64,000 bases of DNA. It comes from Candidatus Micrarchaeota archaeon. GTDB lineage: Archaea > Micrarchaeota > Micrarchaeia > Anstonellales > Anstonellaceae. Where the stretch lies: positions 33,513 through 97,512 of the forward strand of contig JAOAKI010000004.1 of NCBI GenBank assembly GCA_026413765.1, given 5' to 3'. The first letter of the stretch is position 1. The number at the start of each line of letters is the position of its first letter. A program made the position numbers and the translations under genes. A model generated the notes under the pieces. That model did no database searches. It saw only the letters and a program-made list of their open reading frames with translations, and had not been told where the DNA came from. This document shows positions 46,631 to 56,460 of this stretch, piece by piece.

Positions 46631-47907
46631 TGGCAGAGCAAATCTTGATTAAGAATGGGAAAGCAGTTTTGCCTCATTCAATCTTAGAGGCAGACATTTT
46701 AATTGGCGAAGATGGGAAAATAGCAAAGATTGCACGAAACATACGCGCGGCAAACGCAGAGGAAGTAAATGCCGCAGGCTTGCTTATTTTGCCTGGAGCG
46801 ATCGATTCTCATGTGCATTTCCGCGACCCAGAAGACATATCCAAAGAGGACTTTTATACCGGTAGCACATCCGCTCTTGCAGGAGGCGTCACCACTGTGA
46901 TGGACATGCCAAATTACAGGAATCCGCCAACAACGACAATCGCTGCTTATGAGCAAAAGAGACAGATTGCTTCTTCAAAGTCAAGATGCGACTTCCTGCT
47001 GCGCTTTGGAGCATCAGAAACCAACCACGCAGAGGCAATTGCAAGCAATGCGCCTTCGCTTAAAGTCTTCCTGACTGATACCCATTCAGAGCTGTGCTGC
47101 TCAAAAGAGTCCGCTGTTTTGCACTTTAAGCTCTTCCCACACCAGCGCCCAATCTGCGTCCATGCGGAGGACTGGGAGAGGATCACAGAGCGCCAAAAAA
47201 AGTTCAAAAGGCACGAGCAAATAAGGGATAAGATTTCTGCATTCCTTGCATCCAAATTCTCCCTTGAAGCTGCAGCGAAATTCTCCCGCAGGATCCATCT
47301 CTGCCATCTTACAACCGAAGCAGAGATAAGGCTGTGCAGAAGGTACAAGAATGCGACATATGAGGTGACTCCCTCGCACCTTTTTCTTTCCACTGCTGAC
47401 TTGGAACGTCTAGGAAAAATGGGGAAAATCAACCCCCCGCTGCGCGACAAGAAAGAAGTGGCAAAGCTGTGGCGCTGCATAGGAAAGGATACAATCATTG
47501 CTACCGACCATGCGCCTCACTTGGTTGAACATAAGGAAAGCGGAGCGCCAGGCTTTCCGGGCGTTGGGACAATGCTGCCGCTTCTTTTGAATGCGGCAAA
47601 AGAAAAGAAGCTTTCTTACACCCAGATTTCGCTTATGTGCGCGCATAACCCTTCTTTGGCTTTTGGCTTGCAGTCAAAAGGGGCAATTGAAGTTGGGAAA
47701 GACGCTGATTTGGTGCTGGTTGACAAAGACAAAAAATGGAAAATCACAGCTGAAAATCGATTTTCAAAGTGCAATTGGACGCCGTTTGAAGGAAAAGAAG
47801 TTTATGGCAAGATAGTGTCTGTTTTCTTGCGCGGCAAGCTTGTGTATGACGGGGAAGAAGTGCTTGCAAGGGCAGGTGACGGAAAAGAAGTCGCATGCAA
47901 ATTTTAA
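46630..47907 (+). CDS. pyrC: Dihydroorotase
   Basis: DSHVHFRDP, GGVTTVMDMPN, HAED, NPPLR, TDHAPH. Confidence 0.94.
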   Translation: MAEQILIKNGKAVLPHSILEADILIGEDGKIAKIARNIRAANAEEVNAAGLLILPGAIDSHVHFRDPEDISKEDFYTGSTSALAGGVTTVMDMPNYRNPPTTTIAAYEQKRQIASSKSRCDFLLRFGASETNHAEAIASNAPSLKVFLTDTHSELCCSKESAVLHFKLFPHQRPICVHAEDWERITERQKKFKRHEQIRDKISAFLASKFSLEAAAKFSRRIHLCHLTTEAEIRLCRRYKNATYEVTPSHLFLSTADLERLGKMGKINPPLRDKKEVAKLWRCIGKDTIIATDHAPHLVEHKESGAPGFPGVGTMLPLLLNAAKEKKLSYTQISLMCAHNPSLAFGLQSKGAIEVGKDADLVLVDKDKKWKITAENRFSKCNWTPFEGKEVYGKIVSVFLRGKLVYDGEEVLARAGDGKEVACKF

Positions 47908-47908
47908 T

Positions 47909-48352
47909 TCATTTTACTGCCATTTCAACCTGCTCTGTCCCTCCGAAATCCGAAAGAGCCCGTATTTCTACCAGATATGTTCCTTCTTTGGAGATTTTCT
48001 CAAAACCGACTGCTTTTATCTTGAAAACTGTCGTCTGGACAATCTCCTTTTTTCCTGCCGAACTGTCCATTTCAATCACAATGTCATGGCCGCCTCCAGC
48101 GATTTTTACAGCCTTTACATATGCCGGGATTTCCACCCTTTCTACTATCGCAGTTGAGCCACCAAGGTAGCCTACGCTGTCTGCAAGCCTTGCAAGCCTG
48201 TTTGCTGCAAATTCAGCCTTTTGGATAGCAAATTCCTCTTTTGCAGAATTAGACCTCATGAACGCATAAATCATGACTGGGGCTAAAAGCAATAGCAAAA
48301 TTCCAATTAACACCAATATCTCAGTTGATATTTGCCCTTTCGTCATTTTCAT
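47909..48352 (-). CDS. Class III signal peptide (type IV pilin-like) protein
   Basis: KG/QISTE followed by a hydrophobic helix. Confidence 0.8.
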   Translation of the reverse strand: MKMTKGQISTEILVLIGILLLLLAPVMIYAFMRSNSAKEEFAIQKAEFAANRLARLADSVGYLGGSTAIVERVEIPAYVKAVKIAGGGHDIVIEMDSSAGKKEIVQTTVFKIKAVGFEKISKEGTYLVEIRALSDFGGTEQVEMAVK

Positions 48353-49836
48353 TGCTTCACCTTTTTGGCAGTCTGCAATGCATTTTGATGCAATCTTCTT
48401 TTCTTTTCATCTATTACAGCAAAAACCAATACAAGGAAAAATATCGAGACTAAGACTATTATCAACATAGGGTTAAATATGAAGAATGGTATCTCTTGGC
48501 TTGCGACCACAAGGGTGTCTGCGAGTGCTGACAAGTTAAATATCGTATGGATTATTATTGCAAGAAACAAGCCTGGAATGAATGCAAGCCTTGCGTACCT
48601 TCTCAGATGCGTGATGCTGCGCAGATAACCTATTGGCGCAGAAATTGCCGCAGTGAAGCATCCATGAGCAAGGCTGTTGAAAAATGAGCGGTACAGCATC
48701 ATCATGCCCCACTCGTAAAATCCAATTTCGAATGGGTTGATTTTTGCAGAAAAATAAAACCAATTTTCTATGAATGCAAAGCCCAAGCCGCAGCTAAATC
48801 CCATCAGCAGGCCAGTCAGCGTGTCATCATAATCCTTGTGCCCGGAAACAAACAAAATCCCTATTCCTTTGAAAAATTCCTCTGCAATAGGTGCAATTAG
48901 GATGATCGCTACCAAAAAATAGGGCGCAAGCTGGCCTATTTGCCCACTTGCTATTGTGGAAGTTGTGATAAGCGCTAAAAACGCGGCAAACATGCCCCAT
49001 ATGAACATACTTGCAAACAATCGCAGCGATTTGCCTTCTTCGTGCCTTTCAAAAAGCCATGCCGAAGCAAAATAAATGAAAGGCAAAAGAAATGCGCCCA
49101 AACCTGAGATGGCGATGATTTGGAGGGCATCATTCAATCCGATTTCTGCTGCAAGGCCGTCTGCAAGTATTGCTATAAGAACCACAATGAACAATATCTC
49201 GATTAATATTGCAAATGGGTGCAAGAAGACATCTGCAAATTTCTGCTCAAATGTTTCTGGCTCTTTTTTTTGCGTAAAGAGAAACATTGTCTTGTGGATT
49301 CGGTCTTTGTCTTTTTCGCCATATGCAAAATGGGCAAGTGATGCGACAAGAACAATTATCACAAGTCCCATCAGCGGCACAAAAATTGTGAGCGCCATCC
49401 CAAGCTTGTCTCGGATTGATCTTTCGTATTCTGTCCAATTCTCCTTTATCTCAAAATAAAGGCCGTACAGCCTATCTTGAGGCCCTTTTCCAACAATAGC
49501 AAACCGCTGATTCTTTCTGCTTTCTTTCTCATAGCTAAGCTCTATATTCAGTTCAAGGTTTGTGGTTGTTGAGGCAGGAAGCGCACCGCCAAGCTTTATT
49601 ATTTCCCAGCCGTGCTTGGTCTGCTTCAGTATATAGAAAGGCATTGGCTCTTGGAAAGGATTTGTAACAGTTATCTTCACTTTCACTGTCTGCGGATTTT
49701 TTGTCAATGTAACATTGGGAACGAAAACTTTTGCGTCCAGCCCTTCGTCAAAAGAGGCAAGCTCGTCCCCAATCGGAGAGGCAAGACAAACGCCTGCCAA
49801 AAGAAATGCCGAAAACAAAGCAAAAAAGTTTCTCAA
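48349..49836 (-). CDS. PrsW-family intramembrane protease with N-terminal extracellular domain
   Basis: APIAEEFFKG, GFAFIEN, AHGCFT, IHTIFN. Confidence 0.88.
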   Translation of the reverse strand: MRNFFALFSAFLLAGVCLASPIGDELASFDEGLDAKVFVPNVTLTKNPQTVKVKITVTNPFQEPMPFYILKQTKHGWEIIKLGGALPASTTTNLELNIELSYEKESRKNQRFAIVGKGPQDRLYGLYFEIKENWTEYERSIRDKLGMALTIFVPLMGLVIIVLVASLAHFAYGEKDKDRIHKTMFLFTQKKEPETFEQKFADVFLHPFAILIEILFIVVLIAILADGLAAEIGLNDALQIIAISGLGAFLLPFIYFASAWLFERHEEGKSLRLFASMFIWGMFAAFLALITTSTIASGQIGQLAPYFLVAIILIAPIAEEFFKGIGILFVSGHKDYDDTLTGLLMGFSCGLGFAFIENWFYFSAKINPFEIGFYEWGMMMLYRSFFNSLAHGCFTAAISAPIGYLRSITHLRRYARLAFIPGLFLAIIIHTIFNLSALADTLVVASQEIPFFIFNPMLIIVLVSIFFLVLVFAVIDEKKRRLHQNALQTAKKVKQ

Positions 49837-49848
49837 TCTATCCCTCTC

Positions 49849-51498
49849 TCAAAACGGTATTGGCACATAAAGACCGATATGCCTTACAATCCACACATAA
49901 ATTTTGTACCAAAGCTCATTTCTTCTCTTAATCACATCAAGCAAATCCTTGAATGCCTCTTTTTCTGCGCTTGCAAGCTTGCTTTCAGTTATTTTTATGT
50001 GCTCTTTGCCATCAACTACAGTTTTTTCCTCCTGCTGACCTATCTGCTTTTTTGCCTGCTCATACCAAGGTGGAAGCGAAGATTTCTTCTTCTTTATGGC
50101 GGCAATAAAATCTGCAGTGGTGACCGGCCTTTGCTTTCCGGTGTGGAAAGCTTCTCTCCAGGGTATCGTTGCGGCTTCTTCAACAACCGCTTTCAGGTCT
50201 GCTGATGCATAGCCAATTGTGGCGAGAGCCAATCTGTAAAATGCAATGTTGCTTGCAGCTGGTATTTTTTTAACATGCATCTTGAGGATTTCCACTCTTG
50301 ATATGAAGTCTGGCTCTGGTATGAATATCGTTTTTCCGAATCTTCCGCTCCTTCTTAAAGCTGGATCTACATCCCATGGCGCGTTGGTTGCTCCAACAAC
50401 AAGGACATTTTCATTGTTGGATTCTATTCCATCCATCTCAAACAGCAGCTGGTTTACTGCCATTTTCATGTAGGCGGTAGACTGGGTCATCTCTTCACGC
50501 CTGCCGCCAAGCCCTTCAACCTCGTCAAAGAACACGATGCACGGAGCGTTTTTTCTTGCAGTCTCAAAAACATTGTGGATGTTCTTTTCAGTGTTTCCAA
50601 CATACATGTCCAGAATGTCTGATATCTTTGCATTTATGAAGCTCGCCTGGCATTCGCCAGCTGCTGCTTTCATTATGAAAGTTTTCCCACAGCCAGGCGG
50701 ACCATAAAGCAATATGCCTCCTCCCGCAAGCTTGCCGTACCTTCTTGCCAAGTCTGGCTTCATCAGCGGATAAACAATCGCCTCCTTTATCTCCTCTTTC
50801 ATTTTTTTCATTCCTGCAACCGAGCTGAAGTTGACGGTTGGCTTGCTTAGCAGCCTAATGGCATTTATCCCCTGCTGCTGCCCATCGCCTCCTATTGCCT
50901 GTGTTGCGCCTCCGCCAGCAAGCCTGCTTTTGGCAGATTCTCTGTGGGTGATTGCTTCAGTAAATTGTGGGTTTAGCTCTATTGCCTTGTCGTAATCTGC
51001 AATCGCCTTGTCAAGCTGGTTGAGAAAATCATATGCAAGGCCGCGGACATGGTATGCTTCTGCAAAATTCGGGTTTAGCTTGATGACCTCAGTAAAATCC
51101 TCCACCGCTTTTTCGTAATCCTGCAGGCAAGCATACGCAAGCCCACGGTTATAGTAGGCCTTCAAGTATTTCGGATTGATTGCAAGCGCTCTGTCATAGT
51201 CCTCTATCGCAGCATTGAAGTCCTGTTTTCTGTAATAAGCATCTCCGCGATTGTTGTATATCACTGGGTTTTTTGGGTCCAGTTCAGCTGCCTTTGTGTA
51301 ATCGGCTATCGCTTTGTCAAAGTTCTTGAGATTGTAGTGGCAGAGGCCTCGGTTAAAGTATGCCTCTGAAAAAGTCGGGTTCAAAATTATGGCAGTGCTG
51401 TATGCCTCAATTGCCTTCTCATAATCTTCTTTTTCATAATAGGTGTTGCCGCGATGATAGTAAGTCCTTGCGTCAGTTGGATTTGGTTTTGTTGCCAT
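49849..51498 (-). CDS. TPR-repeat AAA+ ATPase
   Basis: About 5 canonical TPRs (YYNRG..Y), then GPPGCGKT, FFDEVE, ATNAPWDVDPALRRSGRF. Confidence 0.92.
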   Translation of the reverse strand: MATKPNPTDARTYYHRGNTYYEKEDYEKAIEAYSTAIILNPTFSEAYFNRGLCHYNLKNFDKAIADYTKAAELDPKNPVIYNNRGDAYYRKQDFNAAIEDYDRALAINPKYLKAYYNRGLAYACLQDYEKAVEDFTEVIKLNPNFAEAYHVRGLAYDFLNQLDKAIADYDKAIELNPQFTEAITHRESAKSRLAGGGATQAIGGDGQQQGINAIRLLSKPTVNFSSVAGMKKMKEEIKEAIVYPLMKPDLARRYGKLAGGGILLYGPPGCGKTFIMKAAAGECQASFINAKISDILDMYVGNTEKNIHNVFETARKNAPCIVFFDEVEGLGGRREEMTQSTAYMKMAVNQLLFEMDGIESNNENVLVVGATNAPWDVDPALRRSGRFGKTIFIPEPDFISRVEILKMHVKKIPAASNIAFYRLALATIGYASADLKAVVEEAATIPWREAFHTGKQRPVTTADFIAAIKKKKSSLPPWYEQAKKQIGQQEEKTVVDGKEHIKITESKLASAEKEAFKDLLDVIKRRNELWYKIYVWIVRHIGLYVPIPF

Positions 51499-51569
51499 CC
51501 TCTCGACCGCTAAAGTCCGCCCAATTTATGAATAGAACCCTATTGAACTTTATAAAGATTTATTTGTTT

Positions 51570-52733
51570 TTATTCTGGCTCGGCAGCCGGCTTTGCCTCA
51601 ATTATGCGAATGACTTTGTTGCCGGCTGCTTCAAATTTGACCAATAAGCGCATCTTTTTTTGGTTTTCTTGCACTGCCGGTGCGTCTATCTCATATTGCC
51701 TTTGGGAAAAGGCATAACTTTTGCCGTCTTTTCTTATCTCGGATGGGAGTTTGACGGACACTTTAACCTCACTTGCAGCATTATAGCTGATGTTTTGCCT
51801 TTCTAGCTCTTCCTTGATAGAGGCAATCTCGCTTTCTGTCCAATTGGGCATTGAAATGATAGAATAAGGAAAAGTCGGGTTTATATTGAGTGCAGCAAGG
51901 TCGGCCCGTGCTCTTTCTTGGTCAAAAAAGTCGTTTTTTACACTGATTATGCCTTTTTGCACTGCAGTTACATATTCATATTGCCCTGCTTTGCCAAGCT
52001 GCTCATCTGTGACGTTTTCATCCACCAAGATGTATGACTTTTCTTTGAATACTGCATTCTTCTGCTTTGCAATTTGCTTTGCTCTGTTCCTATCTTTCCA
52101 GCTGATCTCAAGATAGATGCTTGCCTGCTTTATCTGCTCTATTTCGGCTTCCACTTCTGCTTCTTGGGTTTGCGGCAATATCATCACAGAGCCTATTCCA
52201 GTGATTACCCCTTTTTCAACTTGCGCAGCAAAGATGGCAGGCAATTTCGAGCCTTCCGGGTAAATTGGGCTTATCTGTATCTTGAAGCTGCTCCCCCTTG
52301 CTTTTCTTGCCTCGCCCGTTGGCCCAACAACCGCAACTTGCTCGGACATAGAAAACATCGCATTCGCAACTGCTGTAATGTTGTATTGTTCAATCTCTTG
52401 ATACGCCATCGCGAGATCTGCTGCGCTTGCAAGGTTGATGACTGTTGCATCCTCCAGCGTGGTCGCATATGTTGCAATCTTTCTTTCAATCAATGCCTTT
52501 TTTGCCTTCTCGATTTGGCTTTGGTTGCCATACAAAAGCAAATACGGCTCATATCTTAGCAGTGTTATGTTGTCTTCTGCGCTTCCGATAAACGAAGTTT
52601 GGTCAGCTTGAGACTGCTCTTCTTGAGCAGTTCTTCCTCTTGCTGTGTTCATTATCCCTATCGCTGCCATCTCAATTATAAAAATCGCAACTAAGGCTAT
52701 TGCAAATATTTTGTATAGGGTCTCTTTTTTCAT
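51570..52733 (-). CDS. Hypothetical membrane-anchored protein
   Basis: Single N-terminal TM; long ORF with typical composition. Confidence 0.65.
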   Translation of the reverse strand: MKKETLYKIFAIALVAIFIIEMAAIGIMNTARGRTAQEEQSQADQTSFIGSAEDNITLLRYEPYLLLYGNQSQIEKAKKALIERKIATYATTLEDATVINLASAADLAMAYQEIEQYNITAVANAMFSMSEQVAVVGPTGEARKARGSSFKIQISPIYPEGSKLPAIFAAQVEKGVITGIGSVMILPQTQEAEVEAEIEQIKQASIYLEISWKDRNRAKQIAKQKNAVFKEKSYILVDENVTDEQLGKAGQYEYVTAVQKGIISVKNDFFDQERARADLAALNINPTFPYSIISMPNWTESEIASIKEELERQNISYNAASEVKVSVKLPSEIRKDGKSYAFSQRQYEIDAPAVQENQKKMRLLVKFEAAGNKVIRIIEAKPAAEPE

Positions 52734-52822
52734 TTTTTCACCACTGCATAATTTTAAAATCTCATTTGTCAATTACTTCTTCTTTGTATCATAGTGCATA
52801 TTTAAAAACAAAGGTGCCGCTG

Positions 52823-53455
52823 ATGGTGGACATCAAAAAAGGAGATCTTGTACGCTTAGAATATACTGCATCAGTCGTCTCGACCGGCCAAATTTTCGAA
52901 ACAACGGACGAGGAAATTGCAAAAAAAGCAGGCATTTTCCAGCAAGATGCAGCATATGGGCCGAAGCTTATTCTTTTCGGCTCGGGCAATCTCCTCAAAG
53001 GGGTTGAAGAAGCGATTCTCAATATGGAAATAGGCAAAGAAGAGCAATTTGTTCTCCCTCCAGAAAAGGGCTTTGGCAACCGCACGTCAAGCCTCATTCG
53101 CATCATGTCCGCATCCGAGTTCAAAAAGCAAGGGATAACGCCATTTCCTGGAATGATGCTTGCGCTGGACAACATGCTTGCCAAAGTGAAATCGATAGGC
53201 TCAGGGCGCGTCGTGGTCGACTTGAACCATCCGCTGGCAGGGGAGTCAATCTTATACAAAATCAAAGTACTTGAAGTAATTTCGGATGATAAAAAGAAAG
53301 CAGAAGCCATCCTGGATTATCTGGGCATTGAAGGGCAGATTTCTCAAAAAGAGTCAAAGCTCCACATTTCAATTTCTTCATCAACTCCAAAAGAAAAGGC
53401 TGACCTTGCAAAAAAGGCAATACTTTCTGCAGTCAATTCGGCTTCCTTTGAATGA
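52823..53455 (+). CDS. FKBP-type peptidyl-prolyl isomerase (SlyD-like, long archaeal type)
   Basis: KKGDLVRLEYT, FETT, PPEKGFG.R, VVDLNHPLAG. Confidence 0.93.
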   Translation: MVDIKKGDLVRLEYTASVVSTGQIFETTDEEIAKKAGIFQQDAAYGPKLILFGSGNLLKGVEEAILNMEIGKEEQFVLPPEKGFGNRTSSLIRIMSASEFKKQGITPFPGMMLALDNMLAKVKSIGSGRVVVDLNHPLAGESILYKIKVLEVISDDKKKAEAILDYLGIEGQISQKESKLHISISSSTPKEKADLAKKAILSAVNSASFE

Positions 53456-53969
53456 CTCGACTTAAATTTCTTATCCTTTCTTGCGCCTTTAGCCTGCGCA
53501 GCTCTTTTGCTATCTCTCTTGGCACCAGGCTTTCCCATTCTCTGTTGGCAGCCATCTTAGCCCTTATGTTTGTCGCATTGCACTCTTTCTTTTTGTAAAA
53601 CGGAATCGAAAGTACTTTTTTTCCAGCCTCTTTCATGAGCCTTCTTACAAGCCGATTATTTGAATAAACAACATCGTATTTCGGCAAGTGCTTGTCAACA
53701 TGCGCTACCCATTTCTTGTCGTCGTTTATGTCGTCCAACAGGAAAACCAGCACTTTTTTCTCTAAACCTTCTGCCTTGAGCAATTTTTTTATCATTCTTT
53801 CCCTTTCTTTTGCCGAAAATGGATTATGGAAGGTCATCTTCTCTTGCGCGCTGCCTATAGCTAAAATTGTTTTTTGGCTTTTTTTTGCAATCCATCTCAA
53901 GGCAAAAAGGTGGCCATTATGGAAAGGCTGAAACCTTCCAATGAAAAGGCTAATCGGCAGCTTTTTCAT
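53433..53969 (-). CDS. nadM: Nicotinamide-nucleotide adenylyltransferase
   Basis: FIGRFQPFHNGH, IGSAQ, NPFSAKER, ATNIR. Confidence 0.93.
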   Translation of the reverse strand: MKKLPISLFIGRFQPFHNGHLFALRWIAKKSQKTILAIGSAQEKMTFHNPFSAKERERMIKKLLKAEGLEKKVLVFLLDDINDDKKWVAHVDKHLPKYDVVYSNNRLVRRLMKEAGKKVLSIPFYKKKECNATNIRAKMAANREWESLVPREIAKELRRLKAQERIRNLSRVIQRKPN

Positions 53970-53973
53970 ATCA

Positions 53974-55536
53974 TCAATGCTTGAAGTGCCTTCTGCCTGT
54001 GAAGATCATGCTTATTCCGTATTGGTTTGCGACATCAATCACTTCTTGATCCCTTATCGAGCCTCCTGGCTGGACAATGCATGTTATTCCTGCTTTCGCA
54101 AGCACATCTATCCCATCTGGAAATGGGAAAAATGCGTCTGATGCAGCAGTTGCTCCGTTTAAGTCGAATCCATATCTTTTTGCCTTTTCTATTGCAATCA
54201 TTGCGGCATCTACTCTGCTCATCTGGCCTGCTCCGTTTCCAATCAGCTGCAAGTCTTTGGCAATCGATATTGCATTTGATTTCGTGTGCTTGCAGAATTT
54301 GGTTGCAAAATATGCATCATCAAGCTCCCTCTGCGTAGGCTTCCTGTCAGTTACTATCTTTATGGCATTTTTGTCGTATATCCCGGGGTCCCTTCCTTGT
54401 ATGAGCATGCCTCCTGTGACATACCTAAAATTGACTGCTCTTTCCATGCTGGCATCCCAAATATTCGAAACATCCATGATTCTTCTGCTTTCCTTCTGCC
54501 TCAATATCTCAATTGCCCCCTCCTCATATCCAGGCGCAAGCACCACCTCTATGAATCGGTTGCCTATCGCTTTTGCGGTTTCTACGTCCACTTTCCGCGA
54601 AAATGCAATCACTCCGCCGAATGCGGAAAGCGGGTCGCCGGCATAGGCGCGGTGGTAGCTTTCCACTAGCGTTTCTGCCTGCGCTCCACCGCAGGGATTG
54701 TTGTGCTTAAGTATAACCGTCGCAATCTCATCTTTGAACTCTCGGATTAGCCCAAACGCAGTGTCTGCGTCTAAGAAATTGTTGTAGCTCATGGGCTTGC
54801 TTCCTGCATATATGCGCGAGTCGCAAATGCTGCTTTTGCCGATTATTCTGTAAGCTGCTGCTTGCTGGCTTGGGTTTTCCCCATAGCGAAGCGGATATGC
54901 TTTCACAAACTGCATCTCAAGAAATTCAGGAAAGAGGTCCTGCGTCTGAAGAGAAGAGAGGTACCTGCAAATCGAAACATCATATGAGCTTGTTCGCGCG
55001 AATGCTTTCACCGCAAAGTGCCTCCTTTTTTCAAGCGGCACTTCTCCCTCATTTTTCAAATATCCCAATACTTCTTGGTAATCTCCAGGGTCGGTCACTA
55101 CAGTCACGTGCTGGTAATTTTTTGCTGCTGCGCGCAAAAGCGCAGGCCCACCTATGTCAATCATTTCAATTGCTTGGTGGAATTCGGTCCCTTCTTTGCC
55201 AGCGACCTGCTCAAAAGGATAGAGATTCACAACAACCAAGTCAATAGGCTCTATCCTGTTTTCTTGCGCTTGCTTTACGTCTTCTTCTTTATCCCTCCTA
55301 AAAAGTATTGCCCCATGGATTTTCGGGTGCAACGTCTTTACTCTGCCTTCAAAAAGCTCTGCGTAGCCGGTTACCTCTGTCACGTCCTGGACTGAAATGT
55401 TGTGCTCTTTGAGGAATTTGCTCGTCCCTCCAGTTGAGATTATCTTTATCCCTAGCTCTTGCAACCCTGATGCAAAGCCGGCAAGTTCTCTCTTGTCCCA
55501 CACACTAATGAGTGCCTGCTTTACTTTTGTTCCCAT
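53974..55536 (-). CDS. purH: Bifunctional AICAR transformylase/IMP cyclohydrolase
   Basis: ALISVWDK, GRVKTLHPKIHG, IDIGGP, LRYGENP, KHNNPCG, ASDAFFPF, RHFKH. Confidence 0.97.
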   Translation of the reverse strand: MGTKVKQALISVWDKRELAGFASGLQELGIKIISTGGTSKFLKEHNISVQDVTEVTGYAELFEGRVKTLHPKIHGAILFRRDKEEDVKQAQENRIEPIDLVVVNLYPFEQVAGKEGTEFHQAIEMIDIGGPALLRAAAKNYQHVTVVTDPGDYQEVLGYLKNEGEVPLEKRRHFAVKAFARTSSYDVSICRYLSSLQTQDLFPEFLEMQFVKAYPLRYGENPSQQAAAYRIIGKSSICDSRIYAGSKPMSYNNFLDADTAFGLIREFKDEIATVILKHNNPCGGAQAETLVESYHRAYAGDPLSAFGGVIAFSRKVDVETAKAIGNRFIEVVLAPGYEEGAIEILRQKESRRIMDVSNIWDASMERAVNFRYVTGGMLIQGRDPGIYDKNAIKIVTDRKPTQRELDDAYFATKFCKHTKSNAISIAKDLQLIGNGAGQMSRVDAAMIAIEKAKRYGFDLNGATAASDAFFPFPDGIDVLAKAGITCIVQPGGSIRDQEVIDVANQYGISMIFTGRRHFKH

Positions 55537-55640
55537 CAAGACGACCATCCTTCTTTTTTCAAATAGGGTTTTTTAATCTTCTGCTGGCGTCCCATTTTGG
55601 CATCAAAATCTATTTTAAATGTGCTTTTCTATTTCTTCTC

Positions 55641-55889
55641 ATGCAGGAGTTTGCTCCAAAAAAAGACGAAAAAAAGGTGCAAGAGCCTGTCAAAAAGAAC
55701 TTTTTGCGCGTGCCTGACATGCTGCTTTCAACCGAAGGGCCGATAAAAGCCCTGCAAGAATCAAAAAAAGTCGAGCAAATGGGAAGAGAAAGCTTCGAAA
55801 AATCTGTCAAAATCGAGCTTGAGGCAATCAAAAAGAAAGCCAAAAAGAAAAAACCCTCGCGTCGCGCTAAAAAAGCCAAAGAAAAATAG
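55641..55889 (+). CDS. Small basic hypothetical protein
   Basis: TATA-like TTTTAAAT upstream; Lys-rich tail; fills the gap between purH and the PLD gene. Confidence 0.5.
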   Translation: MQEFAPKKDEKKVQEPVKKNFLRVPDMLLSTEGPIKALQESKKVEQMGRESFEKSVKIELEAIKKKAKKKKPSRRAKKAKEK

Positions 55890-55896
55890 CCGATAG

Positions 55897-56460
55897 TCAA
55901 GCTGGCGTCGCCTTTTCCCAGTCTTCCTCAAACACTTTCATCAAATCGCTGACCGGGCTTCCCTCTATTATCACACCCACCTCTCGGTTCTCATTTAGCG
56001 CATTTTTGGAAAGATTGATGCTGCCCACAAGCGCCCTTTTTTTATCCACGATTATCATTTTGCTGTGGGTCAGCTTGTAAGACATGCTTGCCCATTTTAC
56101 TTGGCAGCCGAATGCCAATAGCAATGAGGCAGTTTTCTCTTTTCTTTTGTCGTCAACTCTTGGCTCTAGTATTATCCTGATGTAGACTCCACGCTTGGCC
56201 GCAGCCTCCAGCTCTTTCATTATCTCCTCTGAAGTAATCAAATACATTTGTATGTCAATCGTTTTTTCTGCCGACCTGATAAGGCTTACAACCTCATCTT
56301 GGGCTGCTGGCGAGATTACTGTCTCTGCCTTTGCATTGTATAACTGGCAGCCTTGTGGGGAAGAAAGCGCAATGAAGGCAAGAAGCGCAGCTATGATAAC
56401 TGACAATATTGCAATCAAAAAGCGCTCAGCTTTGGCGTTTTTTGTCTTTCCCATATTCAT
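55897..56460 (-). CDS. Phospholipase D-like (single HKD) nuclease, membrane-anchored
   Basis: HSKMIIVD...VGSINLS...NRE. Confidence 0.88.
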   Translation of the reverse strand: MNMGKTKNAKAERFLIAILSVIIAALLAFIALSSPQGCQLYNAKAETVISPAAQDEVVSLIRSAEKTIDIQMYLITSEEIMKELEAAAKRGVYIRIILEPRVDDKRKEKTASLLLAFGCQVKWASMSYKLTHSKMIIVDKKRALVGSINLSKNALNENREVGVIIEGSPVSDLMKVFEEDWEKATPA

